The notes below the pieces were generated by a model. It saw only the letters and a list, made by a program, of their open reading frames with translations. It did not search any database and was not told the DNA's origin. A stretch of DNA of 64,000 nucleotides from positions 672,001 to 736,000 of the forward strand of contig CAVPBK010000006.1 in the NCBI GenBank assembly GCA_963701855.1, in the 5' to 3' direction. Each line of letters begins with the position of its first letter. The stretch's first letter is position 1. Below are positions 1 through 9,369 of this stretch, piece by piece. Origin of the DNA: Nitrospirota bacterium. Lineage in GTDB: Bacteria; Nitrospirota; Nitrospiria; Nitrospirales; Nitrospiraceae. The position numbers were made by a program, and so were the translations under genes.

Positions 1-1047
1 GACCCCGACCTGCCGACGCCGGCACCGATCATCGAAAGCCTCGGTAGGGCTGCCAAAGATCCGAAACACCACCAGTATCCCTCGTATGAGGGCATGCTGT
101 CGTTCAGGAAAGCCATCGCCGACTGGTACAGGCGGCGATTCAACGTGACGCTCGATCCGGCGCATGAAGTCCTGACGCTGATCGGTTCGAAGGAAGGCAT
201 CGGGCATATTCCACTCGCATTCGTCGATCCGGGCGATATCGTGTTGGTCCCGAGCCCCGGTTATCCAGTCTATCCCGTTGGTACCAGCTTCGCCGGAGGC
301 ATTTCACACCTCATGCCGCTCACGAAGCAGAACGGGTTTCTGCCTGATCTGAATGCCATCCCGAAAGACGTGGCGAAAAAAGCGAAGCTGATGTTCCTGA
401 ATTCGCCGAACAACCCGACGTCGGTCATCATGAGCAAGGACTACTTTAAGCGAGTGGTGGAGTTCGCCCAGGAGAACCAGATCATCGTCTGCCATGACGC
501 AGCCTATTCGGAGATTTTCTACGACGGCAACCCCCCTGCGAGCTTCATGGAAGTCGAGGGCGCGAAGGACGTGGGGGTCGAGTTCCACTCGCTGTCGAAG
601 ACGTACAATATGACCGGCTGGCGCATCGGATTTGCCGTCGGGCACAAGCAGGTGTTGGCTGGACTCGGCAAGGTAAAGAGCAATCTCGACTCAGGCTGTT
701 TCCAGGCCATTCAGGAAGCCGGCATTACCGCGCTTAGCCTGGATGATTCTGTGACAGATGGCTTACGCAAGATCTATCAGGAACGGCGCGACACCCTCGT
801 CCCAGGCCTCAAACAGCTCGGGCTTGAAGTCGATCCTCCACCGGCTGCCTTCTACATCTGGGTCACGGTACCGAAGGGGTACACCTCCGCTTCTTTCACG
901 GCTCACTTGCTGGATAAAGCCGGAATCGTGACGACTCCTGGCAACGGCTTCGGCGCGCCGGGCGAAGGGTATATCAGGATGACCGTCTGTACGTCGAAAG
1001 AGCGATTGGCTGAGGCGGTGGAGCGAATTAAGAAGGCAGGGTTTTGA
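1..1047 (+). CDS. dapL: LL-diaminopimelate aminotransferase (5' end outside window)
   Basis: Frame open from base 1 (DPDLPTP...HQYPSYEG); class I PLP motifs NSPNNPT, DAAY, SLSKTYNMTGWRIG; dapA/dapB/lysA elsewhere in window. Confidence 0.85.
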   Translation, partial: DPDLPTPAPIIESLGRAAKDPKHHQYPSYEGMLSFRKAIADWYRRRFNVTLDPAHEVLTLIGSKEGIGHIPLAFVDPGDIVLVPSPGYPVYPVGTSFAGGISHLMPLTKQNGFLPDLNAIPKDVAKKAKLMFLNSPNNPTSVIMSKDYFKRVVEFAQENQIIVCHDAAYSEIFYDGNPPASFMEVEGAKDVGVEFHSLSKTYNMTGWRIGFAVGHKQVLAGLGKVKSNLDSGCFQAIQEAGITALSLDDSVTDGLRKIYQERRDTLVPGLKQLGLEVDPPPAAFYIWVTVPKGYTSASFTAHLLDKAGIVTTPGNGFGAPGEGYIRMTVCTSKERLAEAVERIKKAGF

Positions 1048-1051
1048 GGAG

Positions 1052-1140
1052 ACGTCGTTCGTGAATCGTGAAACGTCAATCGCAAGATAGATATTCGCTC
1101 GTTCTTCATTGTGTGACGATTTACGGATAACGCTTCACGA
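1052..1140. repeat. Intergenic inverted array of degenerate heptamers
   Basis: Left arm TCGTGAA TCGTGAA ACGTCAA TCGCAA; right arm TGACGAT TTACGGA TAACGCT TCACGA is its approximate reverse complement. Confidence 0.65.
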
Positions 1141-1148
1141 GGCACGCC

Positions 1149-1703
1149 ATGCGCGAGACGGTCTTCATCGGATTTGGCTCAAACGTCGGCGATCGAGTCG
1201 ACTTCTGCGATCGTGCGGTGACGTTGCTAAGCCTGCTGCCGCACTCGCAAGTCGTGGGGATATCGCTGCTCTATGAGACCGAGCCCGTGAACGATCATGC
1301 CCAGCCTGGCACTGGCTGGTTCTTGAACGGCGTCGTGCAGCTTGAGACAGATGTCACGCCGAAAAGTCTCTTAGCTATACTCCGTGAGATTGAGCGTTCG
1401 CTCGGGCGTGATGAGGAAAACCGGTCAGGCCCCAGGACCATCGACCTGGACATCTTGTTCTACGGCCAACGAATCATCAACGAACCTGATCTCGTGGTGC
1501 CGCATCCTCGCCTGCACCAACGCCGGTTCGTTCTCATGCCGTTTAGCGAGCTCGATCCGCTGTTCGTGCATCCGATACTCCAGCACACAGTCAGCCACTT
1601 GCTTGCCATGGTTGCGAGGCAGCCTGAGGTCCACCTCCTCTTTCCTCAGCCTTCGACCCGCTACGGGTCTCGCCCTACTTGCAACCCACCCCCAGGCTCA
1701 TGA
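1149..1703 (+). CDS. folK: 2-amino-4-hydroxy-6-hydroxymethyldihydropteridine pyrophosphokinase
   Basis: IGFGSNVGDR, YETEP, GPRTIDLDIL, PHPRLHQRRFVL. Confidence 0.95.
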   Translation: MRETVFIGFGSNVGDRVDFCDRAVTLLSLLPHSQVVGISLLYETEPVNDHAQPGTGWFLNGVVQLETDVTPKSLLAILREIERSLGRDEENRSGPRTIDLDILFYGQRIINEPDLVVPHPRLHQRRFVLMPFSELDPLFVHPILQHTVSHLLAMVARQPEVHLLFPQPSTRYGSRPTCNPPPGS

Positions 1704-2572
1704 AGATTATCCGCACTGCACGATCCATGGCTGCATGGAGCGCACGACTACGCCGGGAAGGCGTAACCATCGGGTTCGTTCCCACGATGGGTGCGCTGCA
1801 TGACGGTCATCGCTCCCTCATTCGAGCCGCACGATTACGATGTGATGCGCTCGTCGTGAGTATCTTCGTAAACCCGGCGCAGTTCAGCCCGACCGAAGAC
1901 TTATCCGCGTATCCACGCCCGATTGCCCATGATCGTGCATTGTGCTGCGAGGAAGGGGTAGATGTCTGTTTTGAACCGACGGCCCGAGTCATGTATCCCG
2001 AGGGATTCCAAACGACCGTGACGGTGCCGGCGCTCGCGCACCGATGGGAAGGAGCGGCCCGGCCTCATCACTTCGCCGGCGTGGCCACAGTGTTGACGAA
2101 ACTTTTCGGAATGGTGCAACCCCATCTCGCCTTGTTCGGCCAGAAAGATTACCAACAGGCAGTGCTGGTTCGGCAACTTGTGAACGATCTCAATCTCGGC
2201 GTGGCTATTCTGGTGCGCCCGACAGCCAGAGAGCAGGATGGACTGGCCATGAGTTCGCGCAACATCTTTCTCAGCGCCGACGAACGTCGGCTGGCCCCCT
2301 TGCTCTCTCAGGCACTCAGCGTCGGTAGACAGATGATCGTGGGTGGAATGAGCGACGTGGCTGCGATCGAGCGGATCATGCGGCAGACCATCGAACAGGA
2401 ACCCACCATCCATGTCGAGTACCTGGCAGCCTGCGACCCGGACAGTCTGGAGCCTCTGTCCGTCATCTCGGCTCGTGCGGTACTCTTGGGCGCAGTCCGG
2501 ATCGGGTCGATTCGCTTGATCGATAATCTGCTGGTGAAAATGCCTGGTGGAAAGAATTTCGCTACGCGTTAA
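1700..2572 (+). CDS. panC: Pantoate-beta-alanine ligase
   Basis: GFVPTMGALHDGH, SIFVNPAQF, FGQKDYQQ, GLAMSSRN, RLIDN; ATGA overlap with folK stop. Confidence 0.95.
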   Translation: MKIIRTARSMAAWSARLRREGVTIGFVPTMGALHDGHRSLIRAARLRCDALVVSIFVNPAQFSPTEDLSAYPRPIAHDRALCCEEGVDVCFEPTARVMYPEGFQTTVTVPALAHRWEGAARPHHFAGVATVLTKLFGMVQPHLALFGQKDYQQAVLVRQLVNDLNLGVAILVRPTAREQDGLAMSSRNIFLSADERRLAPLLSQALSVGRQMIVGGMSDVAAIERIMRQTIEQEPTIHVEYLAACDPDSLEPLSVISARAVLLGAVRIGSIRLIDNLLVKMPGGKNFATR

Positions 2573-3071
2573 GCGTGGGATCAAGCCCATGACCGACTAT
2601 GAGCCCGAGGACGGCCTGAGCCAAACGGCGATAATGTTCCGGTGGGATCTCCAGGAAGCGGATCCCTATCGATGACGACCGAACGGAACAGACCATCGCC
2701 GTTTCAATACGGATCATTTCCTCCTCCACCGTCGGCTTCAAGATCAATTCGATAAAGGCTCCCTTCGGGAACCCTGTTGTCTGCAGGGTGCAGCCATCCA
2801 TCGAGATATCAGTGATTCGGTTGGTCACGGCCGGCTGTTTGTAATCGAGAACCTGGGCCTCGATGGAGGCCGCCAGGCGTGTATACTGACGCCGATCGAA
2901 CGCTTGCGTGTTGTGGCGCACACCGGAATAGAACGCCCGAAAACGATTCGTGCAGAGCTGGCATCGAAACGGAAACACATTGACGAGGCTCAACAGGCGC
3001 TCGACCCTGCCCTCTTGATAGGTCACGCGGATGAACGGAGCTCCGCAATTTGGACAGTGCAATTCTCTCAT
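2562..3071 (-). CDS. PilZ-domain protein with N-terminal Zn-ribbon
   Basis: CPNC...CQLC followed by RRQYTR and DISMDGC PilZ motifs. Confidence 0.8.
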   Translation of the reverse strand: MRELHCPNCGAPFIRVTYQEGRVERLLSLVNVFPFRCQLCTNRFRAFYSGVRHNTQAFDRRQYTRLAASIEAQVLDYKQPAVTNRITDISMDGCTLQTTGFPKGAFIELILKPTVEEEMIRIETAMVCSVRSSSIGIRFLEIPPEHYRRLAQAVLGLIVGHGLDPTLNA

Positions 3072-3091
3072 GAACCAGAATGAACCTTGCG

Positions 3092-3469
3092 CTACGCCGG
3101 CCCTTGCTCAGCCACAATCGGTTCAATGCGTGCCGGCGAGTATGTGGCCGGCTTCACCCATTTTCCATCTTCGCGCTTATAGCCACCGATCTTGCTCATG
3201 TTGGACCGATGGACTTCTCGAAAGACCGGCTCCATGTCAATGCCATAGGACACCGCAGTGCCATAGACGACGTAAAGGAGGTCGGCCATCTCCTTGGCAA
3301 TGGAGGAAAGATCTTCTGCCGCGAGAGCCTCTTTCAACTCATCGAATTCTTCCTGAATGAGTTTGACGCGCAGTTCGCGTGTCCGCTCATGGACGACCGT
3401 CGGGACTGGATTGACGACTATATCGAACGTCCGATGGAAGGCTTCTACCATCGCTTGCTCGTCGGCCAT
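3092..3469 (-). CDS. MazG-like / HisE-like all-alpha NTP pyrophosphohydrolase
   Basis: LIQEEFDE...KEMADLLYVVYG...VHRSNMSK...REDGK; start taken at MADEQ. Confidence 0.8.
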   Translation of the reverse strand: MADEQAMVEAFHRTFDIVVNPVPTVVHERTRELRVKLIQEEFDELKEALAAEDLSSIAKEMADLLYVVYGTAVSYGIDMEPVFREVHRSNMSKIGGYKREDGKWVKPATYSPARIEPIVAEQGPA

Positions 3470-3479
3470 CAGAAGCTCC

Positions 3480-4871
3480 CTATTCGCTGTCAAACGGCAA
3501 CCCTTTGCGAGAAACGAGTTCCACCGGATCCAACATGGGGATCTCTTTCTCCGACGAGACACCGAGCTCCTTAAACCGGCGAGCCGCCGGCAAGATTCTC
3601 GTTTCGAGCGACCCGATCGCTTTATTGTAGGCCAGAACGCTCTTCCCGAGCGCCTGTCCAACGTCGTTCAAATGTTCGGTCAACACTGCCATCCGCTCGT
3701 AGAGGTCCTTCCCTAACCGCCCGGCTTCCTCAGCATGCTCCGTCAATCGCTCCTGGCGCCACCCGTAGGCGACCGCCCGTAAGAGGGCCATGAGCGTCGT
3801 GGGGGTGGCAAGGACCACGCTTCGAAGGAATCCATCCTCAATGAGTCGCGGGTCATGTTCCAACGCGGCGCCAAGAAATTGTTCGCCCGGCAAGAACAGC
3901 ACGACAAACTCCGGCGCCTGTGCAAATTGATTCCAATAGGCTTTCAGGCTCAACTCGTCCATACGAGATCGGACTTGGGCGGCATGACGGCGCATCCCTT
4001 CGAGACGTTGCTCCTCGGTCGAGGCTTCATGCGCATCAAGATAGCCTGCCAGTACAGTCTTCGCATCCACAATGATCTGCCGTCCACCCGGTAACTGGAC
4101 CACCATGTCGGGGCGAAGCCGGCCGCCGTCGACCGTGATGGACTCCTGCTCGAAAAAATCGCAATGCGCCACCATGCCGGCCAACTCGGCCACGCGCTTG
4201 AGCGTGATCTCACCCCATTGGCCACGGATGGCCGGCGCACGTAATGCCTTCACAAGATTGCCGGTCTCCGACTGCAGCCGCTGCTGCGACTCAGTTAAAA
4301 GCTTGAGATGCTGATCGAGGCCTCCATAGGCCGCTTGCCGCGATTGCTCCAGCTGCCGGAGTTGGTCGTCGTATCGATGCAGCGAATCTTGGAGGGGCTT
4401 GACCAGACTATCGATCGCCTGTTGCCGCTGAGCGAGATCGCCCTTTGCCTCGGACTGGAGCGTTTCGAATGAGCTGCGTGCGAGGTTCAGAAAGGCTTCG
4501 TTGTTCTGTTTGAGGGCTTCGCCGGAAAGCGCTTGGAAGGTCTCGGCCAGTTCCTGCCGGGCCTGGCCCAGCAAAGTCTTTTGTTCGTTGAGATGGAGTG
4601 CAACCTCAGCAGCCCTCGTCTCCGCCACCGCACGGGCCTGGGAGGCATCTGAAAGATCCTGTCTGATCCGGTCAAGATCGAGGCGATCCTGCCCCGCCTG
4701 TCGGCGCAATTCGTCTGCCAGCGATTCTGCCCGCTGTGCCCGTTCACCGATAGTCAGCAACTGTGTCTGTACATTCGCGCGTACGCGGGACGCAATCCAA
4801 AAACCAACGATCAGCGCGCCGAGGATGGCTCCGACGAGAACCCCCGCACCGAAGACCGTGCCATCAATCAT
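3480..4871 (-). CDS. rmuC: DNA recombination protein RmuC
   Basis: N-terminal TM, coiled coil, RGQWGEITL, RPDMVV, IVDAK, VLFLPGE, ATPTTL. Confidence 0.92.
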   Translation of the reverse strand: MIDGTVFGAGVLVGAILGALIVGFWIASRVRANVQTQLLTIGERAQRAESLADELRRQAGQDRLDLDRIRQDLSDASQARAVAETRAAEVALHLNEQKTLLGQARQELAETFQALSGEALKQNNEAFLNLARSSFETLQSEAKGDLAQRQQAIDSLVKPLQDSLHRYDDQLRQLEQSRQAAYGGLDQHLKLLTESQQRLQSETGNLVKALRAPAIRGQWGEITLKRVAELAGMVAHCDFFEQESITVDGGRLRPDMVVQLPGGRQIIVDAKTVLAGYLDAHEASTEEQRLEGMRRHAAQVRSRMDELSLKAYWNQFAQAPEFVVLFLPGEQFLGAALEHDPRLIEDGFLRSVVLATPTTLMALLRAVAYGWRQERLTEHAEEAGRLGKDLYERMAVLTEHLNDVGQALGKSVLAYNKAIGSLETRILPAARRFKELGVSSEKEIPMLDPVELVSRKGLPFDSE

Positions 4872-5026
4872 GGGTGACCGCCCACGTCATGCCGCCGTCC
4901 CATTTTCGACCCAGTTGTTGGATATTGCGATAAGGTAAGAATGGGTATGGAGAATACGAAAACTCCCTTGAAAGGTCAAGGACACAACATGCTAGAGACA
5001 TTCAGCCCTATAACATCGCATCATAA

Positions 5027-7687
5027 TTATCTGGATGGTTCCGGCCTCGCAGACAATTCTCCTCCTCGCCCTTGGACAATGATCTCTCCTCGCTCCGCAT
5101 CCAAGCTGACTCGATCTCCTTCCTTGAGTTTGGTGGTAATGCCAGGCACATTTGCCACTGTCGGCAGTCCGTACTCGCGGGCAATAATGGCCCCGTGTGA
5201 GAGTGTCCCGCCCATTTCGGCGACCAGCCCCGCTGCCACGCCAAACAACGGCGCCATACCGGGGTCGATGACCGAGACCACAAGAATGTCGCCACGGCAG
5301 ACTCGGCTCCAATCCTCCATCGATCGGACGAAGCGAACCGGCCCCATGACCTGCCCCCCACTGATGGGAATACCGTGCAGTATCCCCTCCGAAGCCACAA
5401 CGGAAGATGCGTCCGCGCCTCGGACCATATCGTTCCAATCCTGAATCGTATCTGGAACACTGATCGTGGCGTAACGATCTCTCTCGGCCCTGCGAGCCTG
5501 AATGATTCCTTGCCAATGACTCGACCCTGTGGCTAGCAATTCCGGGCGTTCCTCGATCTTGAAGTAGAAAATATCCTCCTGCGACGAGAGTTGCCCCCGT
5601 TCGACCAGCCATTCGCCCAAACGAAGCAGGAGGCTACGTACCGCTGCCGAGTAGTACATCAGATGATGTCGATTCGCCTCCCGCAGGGCGAAGAACCGGC
5701 ATAGCCGTCGATACCACCAAGAAAAAATGGCCCACCGATGGAGTCGCCATCCGAACCTGGCGCGAATCTCTGCAAGCGCCCGTTCCCGCACCATTGTTTG
5801 GCGTTGAAGAATGTCTGCCGGGGCAACGCCGGCAGGAGCCAGAATCTGCGTCCGCAATACCGTCAGCAACACCTCCGGTCGATCTGCGAACCGAGGCGAC
5901 ATGACATCTGACTCACCGACCCCTCGGTGTCCGTAGTCTTCGAGATACCGGTTAAAAGCACTGAGAACTTCAGTCCCGCCAAGCTTGCGACAAACCTCAC
6001 CCGGATTCCATTCCTCTGCGGTGAATAGCGAAGTCACTGACGAGTCTCGCCGAACCATGTCCACTATTTCCGCCAACCGGACAATCTGTTGCGCGCTGAT
6101 CACCGCGGCCTGACCCTGCAGCGCCCCGTTCAGCAGAGCTCTCCAATCTCCGCCTAGCCAGCGAGGCAGTACACCGCCTAGCGCTTGCAAACACTGCGCG
6201 ACCCCTCCCGCAATGCCGAACGTCAGCTCGCGTTCATCGAGCCATTTCGCGATGGTTTCGAGGCGCAGGGCGATGTCTTCACCTGAGAGAGACCGAAGCC
6301 GATCGGCGCGCTGCTCTGCGGCCATTGCTTTCATCTCCGCAAACCAGGCCGGCCCATGGCGCACAGCCTTTCTCATCTCGGCCATCATCACGACGCCGGC
6401 ACGGGTGAGCGAGAGCCACCCGATCGGTCGGGTCTCCGGCGGCCTGGCAAGGATTTCCCCTCCCATCTGCTCTACCAACAAGGACGGATCTCCCCGCAGT
6501 TGTGCGACGAGGGAATAAAACAGTGTCATATTGATGTAGGGGCGTCCCTTGAAGGTGCGAACCGACGAGATCCCTTCTGGAATCTGGCACCCCATACGCC
6601 GATAGGGTGAAAGAATGTAGCACTCCATGAACTGCTCGAGAAACGACAGGCCGAGCGGGCTCGGCAACTCCGGCATCGTCTCTTTGAAATTGGCGCGCGA
6701 CCATTCGCAATCATCATTGGTCAACTGCGTGGATCGAGTCAGAGCCGTGATGGGGCGGGCTTGAAGCAGCCATAGGCCACGATCGTCGTAGAGCCACTCG
6801 ATATCCATTGGATGCCCGAATGTCTTTTCAATCTGCTTGGCCGTACGGGCCAGGTCAAACAGTTGGTTGTCCGACAATGTTGCGCGCCCAACTGCATCAT
6901 CCGACAGCGGCACTTCGCAAAGCCCTTGGCCCGTCATCCGTAATGCCTGGGTCTGCCCAACGATGGTCCGTTCGCTGATCCGGTTGGGCTGACTGTTCTC
7001 AGCTGTCTCAACCACATACTGGTCCGGCGTTGCGCGCCCATCAACAAGGGATGCCGCAAGCCCTGCAACCGCATTGACCATCACCTGGGTTGTTCTACCT
7101 GTGAGAGGATGGACGGAATAGGCAACGCCAGCAGCGCTCGCCTCTAACAGCGGTTGGATCACGACGGCCATCGCGGGAGGCGCTCCGATCAATCCCGACG
7201 CCACATGATAATTCAAGACTCGTTCATCCCAGATCGACAGCCATAGATCCTTCATCGCCAAGCCTATTTCCTCCAGTTGGATGCCGAGGCGCGTGCGGTA
7301 GACTCCGGCAAAACTCGCATGTGCTCCATCTTCGTTTGTTGCCGATGACCTCACTGCCCAGAGCCCAGGCAACGGCAGCTTCAGCCGGCGCACCTGTTCG
7401 ACGATCTGCGAGGTCAGTTCAACGATGTCGTGGTTCTGAATGATGGTGCGAGAGCGGGAAAGTATCTGCCGGCGTTCAGCCCCGGAGGAGTGCAGAGCCG
7501 CCCGCCACTGTTCCTCTTGAGAAAAATCCTGCGCGCGAAGCGCCTGATCGTAGGCCTCCGTCGTCACGCAGAATCCTGGAGGAACGGGGAATCCTGCGGC
7601 GAGCAGACGCGCTAAGCCTACGGCTTTCCCCCCAACAAGAGATGGTTGTGTGCAGGCTTCCAAGGGAAGAAGGAGAGGGAGATCCAT
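5027..7687 (-). CDS. PEP-utilising/PPDK-family phosphotransferase with RPH/PigC-like domain order
   Basis: N-terminal VGGKA, AVRSSATNED, SFAG, DIEW, LLQARPIT; long central domain; C-terminal phospho-His swivel GGTLSHGAIIAREYGLP. Confidence 0.8.
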   Translation of the reverse strand: MDLPLLLPLEACTQPSLVGGKAVGLARLLAAGFPVPPGFCVTTEAYDQALRAQDFSQEEQWRAALHSSGAERRQILSRSRTIIQNHDIVELTSQIVEQVRRLKLPLPGLWAVRSSATNEDGAHASFAGVYRTRLGIQLEEIGLAMKDLWLSIWDERVLNYHVASGLIGAPPAMAVVIQPLLEASAAGVAYSVHPLTGRTTQVMVNAVAGLAASLVDGRATPDQYVVETAENSQPNRISERTIVGQTQALRMTGQGLCEVPLSDDAVGRATLSDNQLFDLARTAKQIEKTFGHPMDIEWLYDDRGLWLLQARPITALTRSTQLTNDDCEWSRANFKETMPELPSPLGLSFLEQFMECYILSPYRRMGCQIPEGISSVRTFKGRPYINMTLFYSLVAQLRGDPSLLVEQMGGEILARPPETRPIGWLSLTRAGVVMMAEMRKAVRHGPAWFAEMKAMAAEQRADRLRSLSGEDIALRLETIAKWLDERELTFGIAGGVAQCLQALGGVLPRWLGGDWRALLNGALQGQAAVISAQQIVRLAEIVDMVRRDSSVTSLFTAEEWNPGEVCRKLGGTEVLSAFNRYLEDYGHRGVGESDVMSPRFADRPEVLLTVLRTQILAPAGVAPADILQRQTMVRERALAEIRARFGWRLHRWAIFSWWYRRLCRFFALREANRHHLMYYSAAVRSLLLRLGEWLVERGQLSSQEDIFYFKIEERPELLATGSSHWQGIIQARRAERDRYATISVPDTIQDWNDMVRGADASSVVASEGILHGIPISGGQVMGPVRFVRSMEDWSRVCRGDILVVSVIDPGMAPLFGVAAGLVAEMGGTLSHGAIIAREYGLPTVANVPGITTKLKEGDRVSLDAERGEIIVQGRGGELSARPEPSR

Positions 7688-7703
7688 TGAAATGGATACT
7701 ACC

Positions 7704-7954
7704 TAGCAGGCTGCGGAAAAACAATTTTTGATCTCTGTTTGTCTCCGCAGATCAATTATCCATAAGGATTTAAGCACGGCCCGCAGGGAGCTCAAAAAGG
7801 CCAGACTTCTCACCCGCCCAACCCTGGCGCACCGAGACGCGCCTTGTCCCAAGTAGGCCGCAGCGAGTGAAGACCGGAGGCGTACCCTCTGGGGTACGTT
7901 GAGGATCTGAACGATGCGAGAACGAAGCTGGCGGGCTTTTTCAGCTTCCTGCTA
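7704..7954. repeat. Palindromic REP/MITE-like element with terminal inverted repeats
   Basis: GCAGGGAGCTCAAAAAGGCC (7783) and TAGCAGGCTGCGGAAAAA (7704) both match the reverse complement of TTTTTCAGCTTCCTGCTA (7937-7954); central hairpin CGTACCC-TCT-GGGGTACG. Confidence 0.7.
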
Positions 7955-9322
7955 CAGCACGAGGAGGAGGTAAAGGTCATTGACGTTCGTACCGGTGGGA
8001 CCGGTGATGATGAGCTGATGGAGCTTCTTCAATGCGGGGTAGGTGTTGTGGCGCGTCAACGCGCCATTGAGATCCACCGAGTGGCGCTGCGCGTGCGCCA
8101 CGGTATTATCATCGACAACGGCGCCAGCCGCATCAGTCGGACCATCGGTGCCATCGGTGCCGATCGCCACCACCCACACCTTGGCCAGGCCGGCGATTTC
8201 CAGAGCGGCGGCGGCGGCGAATTCTTGCGCCCTCCCGCCTGTTCCCTTTCCGGTGACAGTCACGACGGTTTCCCCTCCGGCCACCACACAACAGGGCCTC
8301 TGTAGCGGTGTGCTCTCGCGCACAATATCTCTCGCCAGAGCGCCAAACCACTTCCCCGCCTCTCGGGCATCTCCGCTTACGGCCGGTGTACACACAAGGG
8401 TTCGAAGACCTGCCTCTCTGGCCGCGCGGGCCACAGCCGTGACGGCTGCTGCATTGTTCCCGACGATATGATGATGGACGCGACGAAACAGAGGCGAGCC
8501 CGGTTTCGGAGTCTCACTCACGAGTCCCTGGCATCCACGGTCAAGATGCCGACGCACTCGTTGAGGAACTGCCTGCCAGATGCGATACCGTTTCAGAATC
8601 GCGACCGCGTCTTGATAGGTTGTCGGGTCTGGGGCTGTCGGCCCTGAGGCAATGGCGCTGAGGTCGTCACCCAACACATCGGACAGAATCACGGTCACAA
8701 CGGTGGCCTCGGTCAACTCGGCGAGGCGTCCGCCTTTGATTCGCGAGAGATGTTTCCGAACGGTATTGATGTCACCAATACTCGCCCCGCATCGCAAGAG
8801 TTCCTGTGTGGTCCGCTGCTTGTCGGCCAGCGTAACCCCTGCGACAGGAGCAGGCAGTAAACTGGACGCACCACCCGACAGGAGCACGATCAAGAGATCG
8901 CGTCGACCAAGTCCTGCCGCCATGGCACAGAGCCTGGCCGCCGCCCGCTGACCGGACCGATCGGGAACTGGATGACCGGCCTCCGCTACGACGATCCGTT
9001 TCGTCGGTACAACATGGCCGTGCTTGACCACGACGAATCCGCCCTGCAGCCAAAGTCCCAACCGCCGTTCTACCGCCTGGGCCATGAAGGCCGTGGCCTT
9101 CCCTGCCCCGAGCACAACCACCCGCTCATAGCGACGCAAGTCATACCGACGCCGGCCGATGATCAGCCTTTCGCCACTTCTAGAGATGGCGCGACTGACC
9201 GCCTTTCGGGCGTCGACCGCGTCCAGTCCTCGAACGATTAATTTCTTCAGAAGTGGCCGGATAGGAGAGAGAGGCAGGCTGAGGTCGAGGTTAAGGTTGA
9301 GCGAAGACCTGACGTTCTTCAT
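7952..9322 (-). CDS. Glycerate 2-kinase (MOFRL family)
   Basis: LGAGKA, AGHPVPD, LSGGASSL, RKHLSRIKGG, SDVLGD, GGETVV, GTDGTDG, TGPTGTNVND; start uncertain (9322 or 9409). Confidence 0.88.
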   Translation of the reverse strand: MKNVRSSLNLNLDLSLPLSPIRPLLKKLIVRGLDAVDARKAVSRAISRSGERLIIGRRRYDLRRYERVVVLGAGKATAFMAQAVERRLGLWLQGGFVVVKHGHVVPTKRIVVAEAGHPVPDRSGQRAAARLCAMAAGLGRRDLLIVLLSGGASSLLPAPVAGVTLADKQRTTQELLRCGASIGDINTVRKHLSRIKGGRLAELTEATVVTVILSDVLGDDLSAIASGPTAPDPTTYQDAVAILKRYRIWQAVPQRVRRHLDRGCQGLVSETPKPGSPLFRRVHHHIVGNNAAAVTAVARAAREAGLRTLVCTPAVSGDAREAGKWFGALARDIVRESTPLQRPCCVVAGGETVVTVTGKGTGGRAQEFAAAAALEIAGLAKVWVVAIGTDGTDGPTDAAGAVVDDNTVAHAQRHSVDLNGALTRHNTYPALKKLHQLIITGPTGTNVNDLYLLLVL

Positions 9323-9346
9323 CTCAGCCTTGGCCTCAGCCTTACC
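9276..9346. repeat. Inverted hexamer array (GCTGAG/CTCAGC type)
   Basis: GCTGAG GTCGAG GTTAAG GTTGAG ... CTCAGC CTTGGC CTCAGC CTTACC. Confidence 0.7.
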
Positions 9347-9369
9347 CTTCCGATAACACCGGCGATGGG

